This document shows positions 51,089 through 63,664 of a stretch of 64,000 nt of DNA, one piece after another; position 1 is the first letter of the stretch, and every line of letters begins with the position of its first letter. The stretch covers positions 87,695-151,694 of the forward strand of contig JAQGDQ010000533.1 of NCBI GenBank assembly GCA_030141605.1, written 5' to 3'. Below the pieces are notes generated by a model that saw only the letters and a program-made list of their open reading frames with translations, did no database searches and was not told where the DNA came from. The translations under genes and the position numbers were made by a program. The stretch is from Tubiluchus corallicola. Its lineage: Eukaryota; Animalia; Priapulida.

Positions 51089-51764
51089 AGAAGATTCGGT
51101 ACTTTGTCTGATCAATTTTGTACCTCAACAAAAAGTCAATGCACATCAGCGAAGGCTCCTACTTGTCTAGTATCCGATAAACCGTGGTGTGTATTGATTT
51201 GTCGTGCAAACAGTCGAGACTATAACACCAGTGATGTTTAGTTACCTTAGACCATACGGCTATGATCATGTTGCCACTGATAATGTAGAAAACCGGTTTG
51301 TGTAGCTGCAGTGACCGTAGTCAGTTTGTCTATCAGTCAGTCAGTCAGTTACTAGGTCAGCCTAGAGCTAGTCTTTAGCATCAGCTTGTATGCAACATGT
51401 TGCAGTATGCAATAAGCCTTATCGTCGAATGAAGCATCCGCCAGTGATTGAAACCATCTTAAAAACGAAACTAGAACAAACTTCCGGCAACCCGCCATTA
51501 CATCCATCAGAATCTACTTCCGGTTTCGCTTTCCCACCACGGGAAACTTCCCTTTTATTTACCAAGCTCTTTATCAAATGGCAGTCATCAGCATGGCATG
51601 TAAACAAAGGTCAGTGGAAGAGAAAACTGCAGTAACTCATGCAAAAAACAAGGGTAATTTATGAAAATGTTATTTGGACATTCAGTCACCAGCCATTTCG
51701 TCAACAAGCAGTTTGTCAGTATGGTAGCCGAGTAAATTCAGTTAATCTTTATTGTCTGTTACGT

Positions 51765-52028
51765 TGTCTGTTTCAAGCAGGTAAGCGACATGCTAAGTTT
51801 TTGGGACAGAGTTTAACATTTACTTTTCTTCCCCTGATTTTCATTTGCGTAGTGACGTCATGTAACGGCGCCGTCGGAACAGCATTGCGGGAAATTTAAA
51901 ATGAAAACAAACAAAAATTCCTTTCAACGCGAGTACGATATGTGCATAAAATTGCTATAAAGTAATATAATTTTTTTAAGGCGATTTTTCTGAAACCTAC
52001 TTCAGGTGCCCCTTTTCTTGTCCTTTAA
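51765..52028 (-). mobile_element. MITE family A left arm
   Basis: Reverse complement of 36984-37265. Ends CCCCTTTTCTTGTCCTTTAA on the + strand. Confidence 0.72.
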
Positions 52029-52609
52029 ACTTCCCGTGTAATAATTCTTTTAATCACACAAACCAATCTTAAAAATGATCATGTTCTGTGTCAATATTTT
52101 GTATATTAGATTGTTTTTAGCTACATTTAAAAACTGGGCAACGTTGCCCTTATCAGAAATTCTAGATAAGAAAATATTTCTTACTAAAAAGCTGAATTAG
52201 TTTGTGAACTTTACACTACGACCAGCGCTCCTTCTCAGGTTTTCAACACATTTTCGTTTCCTCATCAGTGCAGAATATCTGATGCTGGGACAACTGCCTT
52301 GGGGATTCAGTACAAGTATCAGCTGCTTTGCCACTTGCCAGCCTTTTAATTTCGTCTCTGATGAGAGACGAATGACGTCAACTGCCCGCAGCGCCCCCAC
52401 TTGACGATATGAGAAGATGAAGGCAAGTAATAACGATTTACTTTACAACCTGCTCAAGCAGCAAAGCCTTGATAGCCCATAAACTGCAGACGTAGACAGC
52501 TTTCCCTGGAGGAATATTAAAGAACTTAGCAAACTTAGCGTGTGGGCGTAAAAATATTGCTAAACAGCAAACATGCTGTACTTATGACGACAGTGATGAT
52601 CCCAATAAT

Positions 52610-52655
52610 TACTGTGATGACGATGATGATGACGACAATAACATGACGATGAGAA

Positions 52656-52689
<34 letters not shown>

Positions 52690-52917
52690 CGATGATGATA
52701 ATGATGATGATGATGACGACGACAATAACCTGACGATTAGAAATGATGATGATTAAGATAATGATGACGATGATGATGGTGATGACGATTGTGATGATGC
52801 TGTAGACAATGATGTTGATGCAGATAATGATGAGAGATGATAATGATGATAGTGATAGTGATGATGATGAAGATGATAATGATGACGATGATAACGAATG
52901 TGATTATACTGACAACC

Positions 52918-52948
<31 letters not shown>

Positions 52949-52990
52949 GACGACGACGACGATGACGACAATGATAACAGCGATGACGAC
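52610..52990. repeat. Degenerate (GAT)n tract
   Basis: Direct reading. Confidence 0.93.
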
Positions 52991-53454
52991 AGTGAGAATA
53001 TGTATGAAAGTATTGAAAGCGTTTGATTTAACCAAATCGAATCCTGTAGGCGGTGAGGCGTACACAAAGTGACAGTGATAGATGATGAGGATAACTATTT
53101 GCTTGCTCCATTTCAACACTTTATTTCCCGGAATAATATTATGGCTTCATCTGTTTACAGTTCAAATCAATGTCAGTCACAACGATTGTTGACTTAAACA
53201 ATGAAATTCAGGCGTAACAAGCGAGAAAATTGCGTAGGCCTACAGCAACAACCTTTCCGCCCACGCAAAAATCGAAGATAAAAAAGACCATTTCATCTTA
53301 TCAATGAACCAAAATCACACTTTACCGGTAAAAACATGCTTGTATCAGTGAAATATTATTCATTAGACCAAAAACAAACAAACGTCTTACATTGAAAACC
53401 ATTTAATTTTTTTTGGAGGGGGAAATGTCTTTGAAATGTTTACATGTTTAGATC

Positions 53455-53932
53455 TTGAAGCATAAAAACACACAGTTCATAAATGAAACCTAAAAGAATT
53501 CGTTCTGAAATTTTGTTTCACTTATATGCTTTATTGCATAGAAGGCTTGCGTTTGCAGCAACGCTGTAAAAAATTGTGAATTTAAACTCCTGCAATGATC
53601 GTTAGGTTCAGCCATTTTTGACGGCAAGTCGTTTGAAACAAGTTTAGATAACACAGAGCAAAATCTGAAAAAATAATTAAATTCGTACCACACTCTTCAC
53701 TAACCAAACAAAAGCACAAATTCGTTAATAAGATATGTAGTGTATTTTTTGATGAATAAGTGGTGCACAATGGGATGGTGAAACAATGACGTTTTACTAA
53801 GTGGCACAAACATTTTAAATTTTTAGGAATTTTCTTTTCAAGTTAAGAATGACTTTCACACAAGTAAGTGTAATGCTAAGTAATATAACTTCTTTGGAAT
53901 TTACTTTAAAATTTCCCTTTTCTTTCTTTTAA
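53455..53932 (-). mobile_element. MITE family A short form
   Basis: Reverse-complement similarity to 50632-51088. Confidence 0.68.
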
Positions 53933-54104
53933 GAATTGAAAAGCAAAATATCTGTTTACAGGAGAAAAACTCTTAGTATTCGTAACGGAGAAGCGAATTA
54001 GTTACTAAACTTAGCACAAGGACTAGAATGATGGTCAAAAAATCAATCAACATCAGTTTCGAACTCGCTGCTCTGTCATCAATGAGTTCATCAATCATTC
54101 AAGT

Positions 54105-54590
54105 CCGATAACAATTATACATTTTAACACATTTAATGCTGCAAAAGCGTTTCTGGTAATTAAATAATAGATTAAAAACTTAATTAACGGTGGGCGAGCC
54201 CAACTATTGATGACGTCACAAACTAACATAACTTTCAACATGAAAAATATTCCATGAGCGTGTTGCACGTGTTTGCGAAAGCGAAAATTGAAGTACAGTG
54301 CTACTATAACATATTCAGTGTGTTGTACTAACACATCTGAACAGAGAGATACAGCACCTGTTTTTTGTGCAATGCGTTTCCGAAATGCAGGCGCTAGTGC
54401 CCGTCTAACTAGCAAATGGCGAAATGCACGTAACAGCGAAGAACTAGTGGCGCGAACGTGAAATTGCGTTTGTGTGGTAATAATTCTTTCACGTGAGCCA
54501 TTTTTGTAAAAAATAGTATGTTTGCTTTTAATATTTTAAAGAGTAGATTGTTTTAACCTACAGTTTAAGATTGGGTGCGGTTTTGCTTTA
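54105..54590 (+). mobile_element. MITE family B copy
   Basis: Near-collinear with 59780-60368, with an internal deletion. Confidence 0.7.
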
Positions 54591-55473
54591 TAATTATAAC
54601 GTCATTATATACCAAAATTATATATATATTTCAATGATGAAATATAAAGACGCTATAATTATAAAAGAAAACCGCACGCAATCTTAATTTCAATTTAAAA
54701 TATACAAAAAACAATATATATATATATTGTTTTTTTTTGTATATTTCAAAATTGAAATTGTATGTATGTCTTGTATGTATTTTTGACACTAATAAATAAA
54801 TAAATAAACAATATATATATATATATTGTATATATATATATATTGTTTTTTTGTATATTTTAAAATTGAAATTGTATGTATGTCTTGTATGTATTTTTGA
54901 CACTAATAAATAAATAAATAAATAAATTATATATAATAAGCTTTCACAAGGAAAACAGTGTGCTTTTTTTCGCCAAACAAACAGAGATTCTCTGAAGCCG
55001 GGCTGTTTTTTACAACTAACGTCTATTACAGCTACCCTAATTGAGATAATGTAGGATTATCTTTGTCTATTACAGGTGCAAAATCAAAGGTGATCATGTT
55101 TACAAATTATGTAACAAAAACGACTAATGAAATCCCTGCGGGTCTCGCAGACCTGAGGTAATTTATCAACATTTTCTGCTAGGACGATGTTAATTTAATA
55201 TCATGTGATTGACACAGATTGAGAACGAGAATTGTTCTTTTACCACTAATAGCGCCAGCCAAGCCGCACGGCACTCTAAAGAAAGGCAGTCATTCTGTTT
55301 TTTAGTGAAAGGAAAGTGATTTCGAGATGCTTTTTGAAAAGCTTCGTATTGAGCTATTTGATATGCAGAAATTTCTAAAGTCTGTGAAAGAACCTTAAAT
55401 AATGTTATTAATTCTCGGTTTATTGGATCTGCATACACTAAAACATATTATGGCTGTTTCAATACACATTGGG

Positions 55474-55603
55474 GATACGATGCGATACGATACGGTACGG
55501 TACGGCACGGCACGGCACGGCACGATACCATACGATAACGATACGATACGATACGATACGATACGATACGATATGATAACGATACGATGCGATATGATAC
55601 GAT
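55474..55603. repeat. (GATAC)n/(GGCAC)n microsatellite
   Basis: Direct reading. Confidence 0.93.
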
Positions 55604-55838
55604 CAATTATGTTTAAGAATTTTTTTGTTATTTCCCGCGTATGAATTGAAAATAGATGAAAAAGCAAAATGAAACGATTTTGTAAAATCTACAGTGGTAA
55701 CTGAATAACTAACTAAATTTAGCTATTAATGCGGCCTAAGTATGGGACATGCACAAAATCATACTAGAATACAAAGTCACTGATATTAGTTTAACATCAT
55801 TAGTCAATGATGTTAGTTTAACTACTAACCGACATTGT

Positions 55839-55869
<31 letters not shown>

Positions 55870-56059
55870 CACAGCTAACCGAATGAATGTGTTGTATTTA
55901 CAATAATTCGAAATAAGTCGTATATTTATTAAAAGGGATTGCAATGCTGTTCAGTAGTTTTTATACCAGACTGACGTCACAAACGATAAAAACAAATTTT
56001 TCGTATCGATACGTACAAGTTATTGTTAACATCCCACTAAAAATGTTGTCCCTTGTAGG

Positions 56060-56354
56060 AAAATGTGTTCTACGTCATATGACGTCAGAAACTAACACTG
56101 CAATTCGTGATCATGGTTATCACGGTACCGCCTTCTATTTGTCGGCCAAGTGCATGTGACAAAAAGGTGCTGCTGCCAATCTTAGTAGATTCAGCGAGCC
56201 GCGCGTACCTTTGAAAGTTTAACGAAATTTGAGTACCCGACGTAATTGTCATTGAATCTAAGCTTTGATTTAAAAAATCTATTGTAGTTTTCAACATTTT
56301 AGAGCATTCTTTATTCTGAATTAATGTTTACACAATCGTTCGGTTTTCTTTTAA
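56060..56354 (+). mobile_element. MITE family D right half
   Basis: High similarity to 18165-18460 (ggttatcacggtaccgccttctatttg…). Confidence 0.72.
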
Positions 56355-56764
56355 AGTTATAAAAATGCCTTCCATTTTGCAAAGGTATTCAGTAAACTCA
56401 GACCGATTGAGACGCAAAACTGAAATTGCTTAGCAGTCAGATGATGAAGAAGTAGGCTAACAATTAAGAATGATTTATGGAAGCTGCCATGTTGAGCCTT
56501 CAACCATTTATTAGCCTCGTAATTTTCTAATCTACTTTAGACTTCGAAGCAAACAGGTTTATGATTGGATCATTTCATTAATGTCTGGGATTTGCGTTGC
56601 CCTGGGTAAATTCTAATCAACAAAGTCAAATTTACAAAACTCGGACAACCTGAAGTGTTTGTTTCGCTATTAGTAGTGAAATGTCGGAAATAAACGAGTT
56701 TTGGCAATTTACCAAAAACACAATTGCGTCGTAATAATCTGAGTCCTTTTTCGCAAACGTACTA

Positions 56765-57263
56765 ATACAACGGGAAAAAAACGAATTTTAAAGTGTCTCA
56801 AAAGTTTTCCTTACAAGGTTACATTACTTAGCTTTACGCTTACCTGTTTAAAAGGCTTATGTAACTGAAAAAGGAAATTCTAAATACTTTGATATGTTTA
56901 CGTCACTTATAAAACGTCAGTGTTTCACTATCCCAATGTGCACCAAAAACGTCACTGGCTCAAAAACACATTATTAATCTTATTGACCAGATAAAGTAAT
57001 TTAAACTTTTGTTTAGTTAGTGACGTGTGTGCTACGAAAGCTCTGGTAATTTTTTCAAACTTTACTCAATGTTATCTAAAATTGTTTCAAACGACTTACG
57101 GTTAAAACTCCTGCATCTAACAATCGTGGTAGTTTAAGTTTACAAGTTTTATACAGCGTTACTGCGAACGCAAGCTCTGTATTCAATAAGACAGTATGTA
57201 AGTGGTAGAAAATTTTGGACAAATTTTCTAAAGTTTATTTATGAAGTGTTTTCTTGTCCTTTA
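56765..57263 (+). mobile_element. MITE family A short form
   Basis: Same internal blocks as other family A copies. Ends TTTTCTTGTCCTTTA. Confidence 0.68.
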
Positions 57264-57299
57264 TTGACAATATAAAATAATTTATACATTTTCTTAGTT

Positions 57300-57499
<200 letters not shown>

Positions 57500-58011
57500 T
57501 CAGTGATCTTAAAATAAACCTTCCGTAGAAATGAGACTATAGGAACTTGCGAAAGAAAACTATAAGATCCAATGAATAAGCTTTTCTTCAAACAGCAAAC
57601 GGAGGTAAAAGCATCTTGTACACAACTGTTGCTAATTAGTACTCATCCAGGGCGGAGATTTGTGACTGGTATTTTAGGAATTTTTCCTCCTATATTAAAT
57701 GGCTTCTATAGCTGTCCCTCGGTATCAACTACCTCCTCTACTTATGTTTATCTATCAATGTATCCAGTTGCATAAGCAAATAGTTTTACCGAGTTACTAT
57801 TGACAAAGCTATCGTTTAAATCTAGCAATATAGATCTATGAAGTATTCCAAATGTAGGCCCTATATGCAAACGGCATGAAAAAGGCTTTGGGGTACAATT
57901 TCTTCAACGGACTACACAAACCATGCTTACAAGTGAGCTGAATCTGCTCATATATGACAACTTACTCAAGCTCACCTTTCACTTTTATTCAATTAGCTTT
58001 TATTAACTTAC

Positions 58012-58396
58012 CTGATTTTCCCACGCCATCGCATCCCATTACTAGAATCTTAGCTTCCCGTTTTGTCTCCGTCATTCCCTTTCTCATCACCTCTCGTATA
58101 GGACTCATTCTGCCCGTGTCGCGCGGCGGCGTGGCTAGCGTGTCGCGTGTCGTGCATCGCGTGTTAACCGGTAACTGGAATTGTCCTTCAGAACTGGGAC
58201 TGTTATTATCTCTCACCACGGACGTCAAGTCCCTGATGGGGCTCTTGCTTCGAGTGGTGTCCCTCGTGGAGGTCACTGTCCCAAGAAATTCAAAAAACGC
58301 TTTTCCAGAGTTACTGAGGCGTGGACTTCTGGGCTTTAACACAGTATCACTAACAGTAAGCGTATCCAAACTATCACAACCGTTTATACCATTCAT
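58012..58396 (-). CDS. RERG-like Ras-family GTPase exon 1: S/T/P/R-rich N-terminal extension plus G1 P-loop (KILVMGCDGVGKS)
   Basis: aaaATG at 58396, open frame to the TCA G|gtaagt phase-1 donor. GxxxxGKS motif. Confidence 0.85.
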
Positions 58397-58920
58397 TTTA
58401 TAACTAAGAAGCAACTGGAATAAAACAGATGATAACTACGTTGCGCTTTAAGCATGAAGTAACTCAATACTGGAAGTACAAACTAGGTTGTCCGACAGTA
58501 AACAACATCATACAGATTTGCGAGTAAACTATCTGGAACAAGTAACTACATGTGGCTACTAAGTTATCTGAAACGAAAGCAGTAAGTGAAGGGAAACTTA
58601 TGTCACAGCAGCAAGGAAACCATAGTTTCGCAATTTAAATCATTTGGAACAATGTCACCACGTGGACGGCATGACAGGAAGTCTTTTTCAACAAAGAAAC
58701 CATAGACACGCTGTAGCTAATGTCACACGAGGTCGTAGTTTAACACGCAACTAATCGATTAAAGTCTGAAAAACAATAATAAAATTTTCTAACGTTATTT
58801 AGACATTAGCGAGCAACGTAACTGCGTTTAACAAGTGGTCAAAACGCTCAATCAAACAAAACCTGGTAAAGTCGGCTTCTATTTGCACTCTTCTGCCAGC
58901 GTCTGCATACATTGAAAGTG

Positions 58921-59177
58921 CGAGCATGCGCACTAGAGTTTACAGCTTTCTATCAGCGTCTGTTTACATCACTGATACTACGAACATGCGCAGTAAAGCC
59001 TGCAGCTTTCAACTACTAGCGTCTCATCTTAGGTGTGCCATTATGCAGCGTGACACCACTGATAATTTTGATCATTAATATCACGAGCATGCGCTGTAGA
59101 GCTCACGGTTTTCACTTTACCAACGTCTGTTTCCATCATTGACATGACGAGCATGCGCAGTAGAGCTCGCGGCATTC
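58921..59177 (-). promoter_or_regulatory. Four repeated GCATGCGCA (NRF1/Ewg-like) motif units upstream of the RERG-like gene
   Basis: cgagcatgcgca(g/c)tagag-type units at 58921, 58981, 59084 and 59148, about 0.5-0.8 kb 5' of the ATG. Confidence 0.45.
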
Positions 59178-59739
59178 ACTGAATTAGCGTTCAGTCGCGT
59201 GGACTTCACAGCCTTCATCAAATTAGTCTTCATTAGCGGCAGCAAAGTGAGCAGTTTCCACGCGAGTAAATAATAACTTTGTTGTGTGTCAAAAGCAACT
59301 AACCACACGAATGTAAACGAGAAAAATTGCTTAAGGCATGTAGCTAAAGTCTTTATTGAAGAGGAAGTGTAATTATGTAAATAACATTATATAGTTGTCA
59401 GCTGATTGGTTGATTAGTTAAAAATTACGTAATCTATTAATAATGGAACAAAAGGTTTGTACGTGTGCACGTACAATGTAAGCCTATGCATGTATATGTT
59501 TTATGTGTCCACGCCAGATTTCGACCACACCCAGCCGTCTTTTTTTATCGTGATCGTCACAATCAGGAGTATGACCACTGGGCCATTCGTTTTTTTTGTA
59601 AAATTTATTTTCGTTCGGCCTAGTGACGTGCACAGACTTTCGAAAAGGCGGGTTTCAAAATCTGTTACACTCCCTTAAACCTGTCGGGCCATATTCAGCT
59701 ATATTTGCCGTACACACACAAAATATGTGATAAATATTC

Positions 59740-60368
59740 TTGAAGGAAGACAGGACGATTTTTCATAATACTACCCCATTTTCAAGTACGATAAAAAGTA
59801 AACATTTTAACGCCAATAATACTGTAAAAGTGAATCTCATAATTAAATGGTAGAACCTTAATTAACGACAGTCGCGCCCAACTAGTGATGACATCACAAA
59901 CTAACATAATTTTCAACATGAAAAACATTCCATGAGCGTGTTGCACGTGTTTGCAGAAGCGAAAATTGAAGTACATTGCTACTGTAAGAGATTCAGTGTG
60001 TTGTACTAAAACTAGGCAAGCTTTAAGATAAAATTTCAAATTTAAAATCTACCGCTGTGCTCATGCATGAGCTGCCAAACGTGCGTAGTTCATCACAGAC
60101 TAACACATCTGAATTGAGAGGTACAGCACCTGTTTTTTGTGCAACGCATTCCGAATGCAGGCAGTAGTGCCCGTCTAACTAGCGAATGGGGAAATGCATG
60201 TAACAACAAAGAACTAGTAGCACGAACGTGAAATTGTGTTCGTGTGGTAATAATTCTTTCAACTTAAGTTGTTTTTGGAAAAAAATAGCGTGTTTTCTTT
60301 CGATGTTTTTAAGAGTAGATTGTTTTTGACCTACACTAAGCTTAACATTGGGTTCGGTTTTGCTTTAA
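59740..60368 (+). mobile_element. MITE family B, full-length copy
   Basis: TTGAAGGAAGACAGG ... GGTTTTGCTTTAA termini. Aligns with the other B copies. Confidence 0.72.
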
Positions 60369-61089
60369 AAATGTTTTTTCAAAATAACAGATAATGTGTG
60401 CCTAAATACTGTGCGCTTGACATTAATAGTTTAAATGAAATCGGAACTTGTCACTTTTCACCTGTGACCTCAAGGTCAAAGGTCAACATCTGTGAGGGCA
60501 ACTCATATAGCTTTTAATTCATAGCATTCAAGCCACTCTTACTTGACAGCATTAGTCTTCTGAAACCCTTGGCCACGTGGATTTAGACATCAGCTAATCT
60601 CGAGTGTAACTTTTACCATTCGATGCATCTCATCTAGACTCTACGGACTGACATTCGAAACATTTCTACCCCCGACCCGCAAATTTCAGTTTTTGTCCCA
60701 AGCGGAGAATTGTCCCTTATGCACATGGCGCATATTCGGTGATACACAAGACCTCCTCACCAAAAAAAAAACATGAAAATTAATAGAAGATGACTACCCA
60801 CTTTTTTTGAAAATAGAACAAATTACGAAACTAAACTTCACAGTCTAACTTTTTTCTCTAGAAATACCACCTCTCTCACGTGGCTGTTTAACAGTAGTGT
60901 TCCAACAAGATATAATTCATTTTGGAGAATATATATTTAAAAACTTCCAAATAAGAAAAACAAAAAGCTAACATTGTGCACAGCTGCAGCTTGATAAACC
61001 TTTTCAATGTTAACTCAACTACTCAAGGGTTGAGACTTTTTAATATCTAGGTATAATTTTGTATTGCATAATTTATAGTTGTTATTTAT

Positions 61090-62108
61090 TTTTAATACTG
61101 CTTCTTTGTTTTTGGAGGCTTTGTTTTTAATACTGTTTCTTTGTTTTTTTGTAGGCTTTGTTTTTAATACTGTTTCTTTGTTTTTGTAGGCTTTGTTTTT
61201 AATACTGTTTCTTTGTTTTTTGCAGGCTTTGTTTTTTAATACTGTTTCTTTGTTTTTGGAGGTTTTGTTTTTAATACTGTTTCTTTGTTTTTTGCAGTCT
61301 TTGTTTTTTAATACCGCTTCTTTGTTTTTTAATACTGCTTCTTTGTTTTTGGAGGCTTTGTTTTTTAATACTGCTTCTTTGTTTTTGGAGGCTTTGTTTT
61401 TTAATACTGCTTCTTTGTTTTTGCAGGCTTTGTTTTTTAATACTGCTTCTTTGTTTTTGGAGGCTTTGTTTTTTAATACTGCTTCTTTGTTTTTGGAGGC
61501 TTTGTTTTTAATACTGCTTCTTTGTTTTTGGAGGCTTTGTTTTTTAATACTGCTTCTTTGTTTTTTGCAGGCTTTGTTTTTTAATACTGCTTCTTTGTTT
61601 TTGGAGGCTTTGTTTTTTAATACTGCTTCTTTGTTTTTGGAGGCTTTGTTTTTTAATACTGCTTCTTTGTTTTCGGAGGCTTTGTTTTTTAATACTGCTT
61701 CTTTGTTTTTTAATACTGTTTCTTTGTTTTTTGCAGGCTTTGTTTTTTAATACTGCTTCTTTGTTTTTGGAGGCTTTGTTTTTTAATACTGCTTCTTTGT
61801 TTTTTGCAGGCTTTGTTTTTTAATACTGCTTCTTTGTTTTTGGAGGCTTTGTTTTTTAATACTGTTTCTTTGTTTTTGGAGGCTTTGTTTTTAATACTGT
61901 TTCTTTGTTTTTGGAGGCTTTGTTTTTTAATACTGTTTCTTTGTTTTTTGCAGGCTTTGTTTTTTAATACTGTTCTTTGTTTTTGAGGCTTTGTTTTTTA
62001 ATACTGCTTCTTTGTTTTTGGAGGCTTTGTTTTTTAATACTGCTTCTTTGTTTTTGGAGGCTTTGTTTTTAATACTGTTTCTTTGTTTTTTGGAGGCTTT
62101 GGTTTTAA
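61090..62108. repeat. ~36-bp T-rich minisatellite, about 28 copies
   Basis: Unit taatactgcttctttgtttttggaggctttgttttt. Confidence 0.95.
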
Positions 62109-62267
62109 TAGCTAAGATCAATAAAGATGTTCAGCAACTTCAACCAAATCTATCTTTAGGAGTAGAAGAATTTGCGCTGTTAGCTGCAGACAGAAGTGGG
62201 TGGAAAGCTCTGTTAAATGTTGATACCTCAATGCCTACAATAGGTGGAATGAGATTTTGAAGAAGAA
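62108..62267 (+). mobile_element. RTE-type LINE 3' remnant
   Basis: INKD…LAADRSGWKAL resembles the 'A.DR..WR' end of RTE ORFs. Followed by a stop and a short (GAA)n tail. Confidence 0.5.
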
Positions 62268-63004
62268 CTATATTAATATATCAGTATATCATATCTTAAC
62301 ATTTGTCTATAAAAATAACTTTACACACACCCTATTGTATTTTTCTTTGATTTATGTAGTATTTAACGTGTATTGTTTTGCTAATGTACATTGTACGTAT
62401 TTGTGCTCAGTGGAATGGTTACTCCCCCTGCTCCCCTATTAGCTATGCCACTGCTAGGTACTGTAACCTGTGAGCATGACAGCATTTACTTTATCACCAA
62501 TGTTAACTCATTATCAATAAAACTGATTTTTCTCCAACAGAAATTCTTCCTCAATTTATATGAAAATGTACGACAAGCGTACATCAGGTAAACAATAATG
62601 GTAAACATGCCGTTATTTAGCAAAATAACAAGAAAAATAAACAACAGGTTTCCTTTATTTTATTACCTTTCAAAATGCACAATAAAAAATTCATGTTTTC
62701 ATTATACAAATTTTCTTAATCAAAATATATTCCGGTGAAAATGCAACAGAAAAAAGAGAAGCAATAACTTCGTGCCACATTCAAGATGTTGAAAGAACTC
62801 GAATATCCGAATGGTGTTTAATTTCGCCAAGCATTCACGTAATAGATGCCATTATGTGTCAGTTTTCTAATCTAGAAACTGACAATTCAGACTCTAAGAG
62901 CACAGACGTGAAACGATTGCTGAACTTTAAATTTTGATAATCATGCTGATGCAGGGCAATAATGTTTCACGTTCCATTTTCGAGTTCCACGTAAGTAGCT
63001 TACA

Positions 63005-63540
63005 TTTGTTAGCTTTCAATTCTCACAGTAGATGGCAGCACAAAACTAACTTTCCATAGCAGCTTTTTTATTCACCTAAGTAGCTTAAACTTGCTACTCT
63101 TTCCTTTGCAATGTTTTCTGTTTTTTTCTGTCTGTTCTACCATCTGGAGAATGTATTTTTTCAATGCATGTCATTAGTTTTCATTGCTGACAGTAGATGG
63201 CACCACGAAGCTAGCCTTTTCTTTACTTTTTTCTGTTTCTGCATTGCCATCCACCCTAGCACACAGAAAACATGTTACTTGAGCTCTTCCAGTTGTTAGT
63301 TTCAATTCTGACAGTAGATGGCACTACAATGCTAGGTTTTTCCTCACAGTTTTTCTTCTTTTCTGTATATTCTAACACCTGGAACACAAATTACTTTGGC
63401 TCTTTCTGCCTTTAGTTGTAAATTCTGGTAGTAGACGTCAGCACAAAGCTAGCTTTTCCTTGGCAGTTTTTTCTGTTTCTTCTTTTCTATCTGGCCTAGC
63501 ACACGGAACACGTGTTTCTTCAGTTCCTTCTGCTTCTTTG
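63005..63540 (-). repeat. Decayed tandem copies of the BMS1 coding end, stop and proximal 3'UTR
   Basis: Anchor AGTAGATGGCA/AGTAGACGTCA at about 63027, 63192, 63313 and 63430. The copies translate to BMS1-like peptides. Confidence 0.8.
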
Positions 63541-63664
63541 ACTTCCGCTGTTCGACCTTTCCCATTTCTTTGCGATGTTTCTGTACTCTTTGTTTCATTT
63601 CGCTTCGTCTTTTGTTCATCTTCTGCTCGTAGACAGCCTTTACCATCTTGACCATAGATGCAAT
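63449..63664 (-). CDS. BMS1: BMS1 (40S ribosome biogenesis GTPase) terminal coding exon
   Basis: ttccaacag acceptor. IASMVKMVKAVYEQKMNKRR...QKELKKHVFRVLGQ resembles the BMS1 C-terminal helix (…QKMKK…QKDLRKKLFRIQGQ). Rest of the gene lies beyond the window. Confidence 0.8.
   Translation of the reverse strand: MASMVKMVKAVYEQKMNKRRSEMKQRVQKHRKEMGKVEQRKSKKQKELKKHVFRVLGQIEKKKQKKLPRKS

Noticed and set aside
52250-52382. Second pair of divergent CTGATGAG…CGAA motifs (possible hammerheads)
   Set aside because: Stem II is at most 1 bp and there is no convincing stem I or III. The + copy is explained by a simple 9-bp hairpin (TTCGTCTCT/AGAGACGAA).
61193-62107. Hydrophobic repeat ORFs (FFNTASLFLEAL)n
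   Set aside because: This is a 36-bp minisatellite with frequent homopolymer frameshifts.
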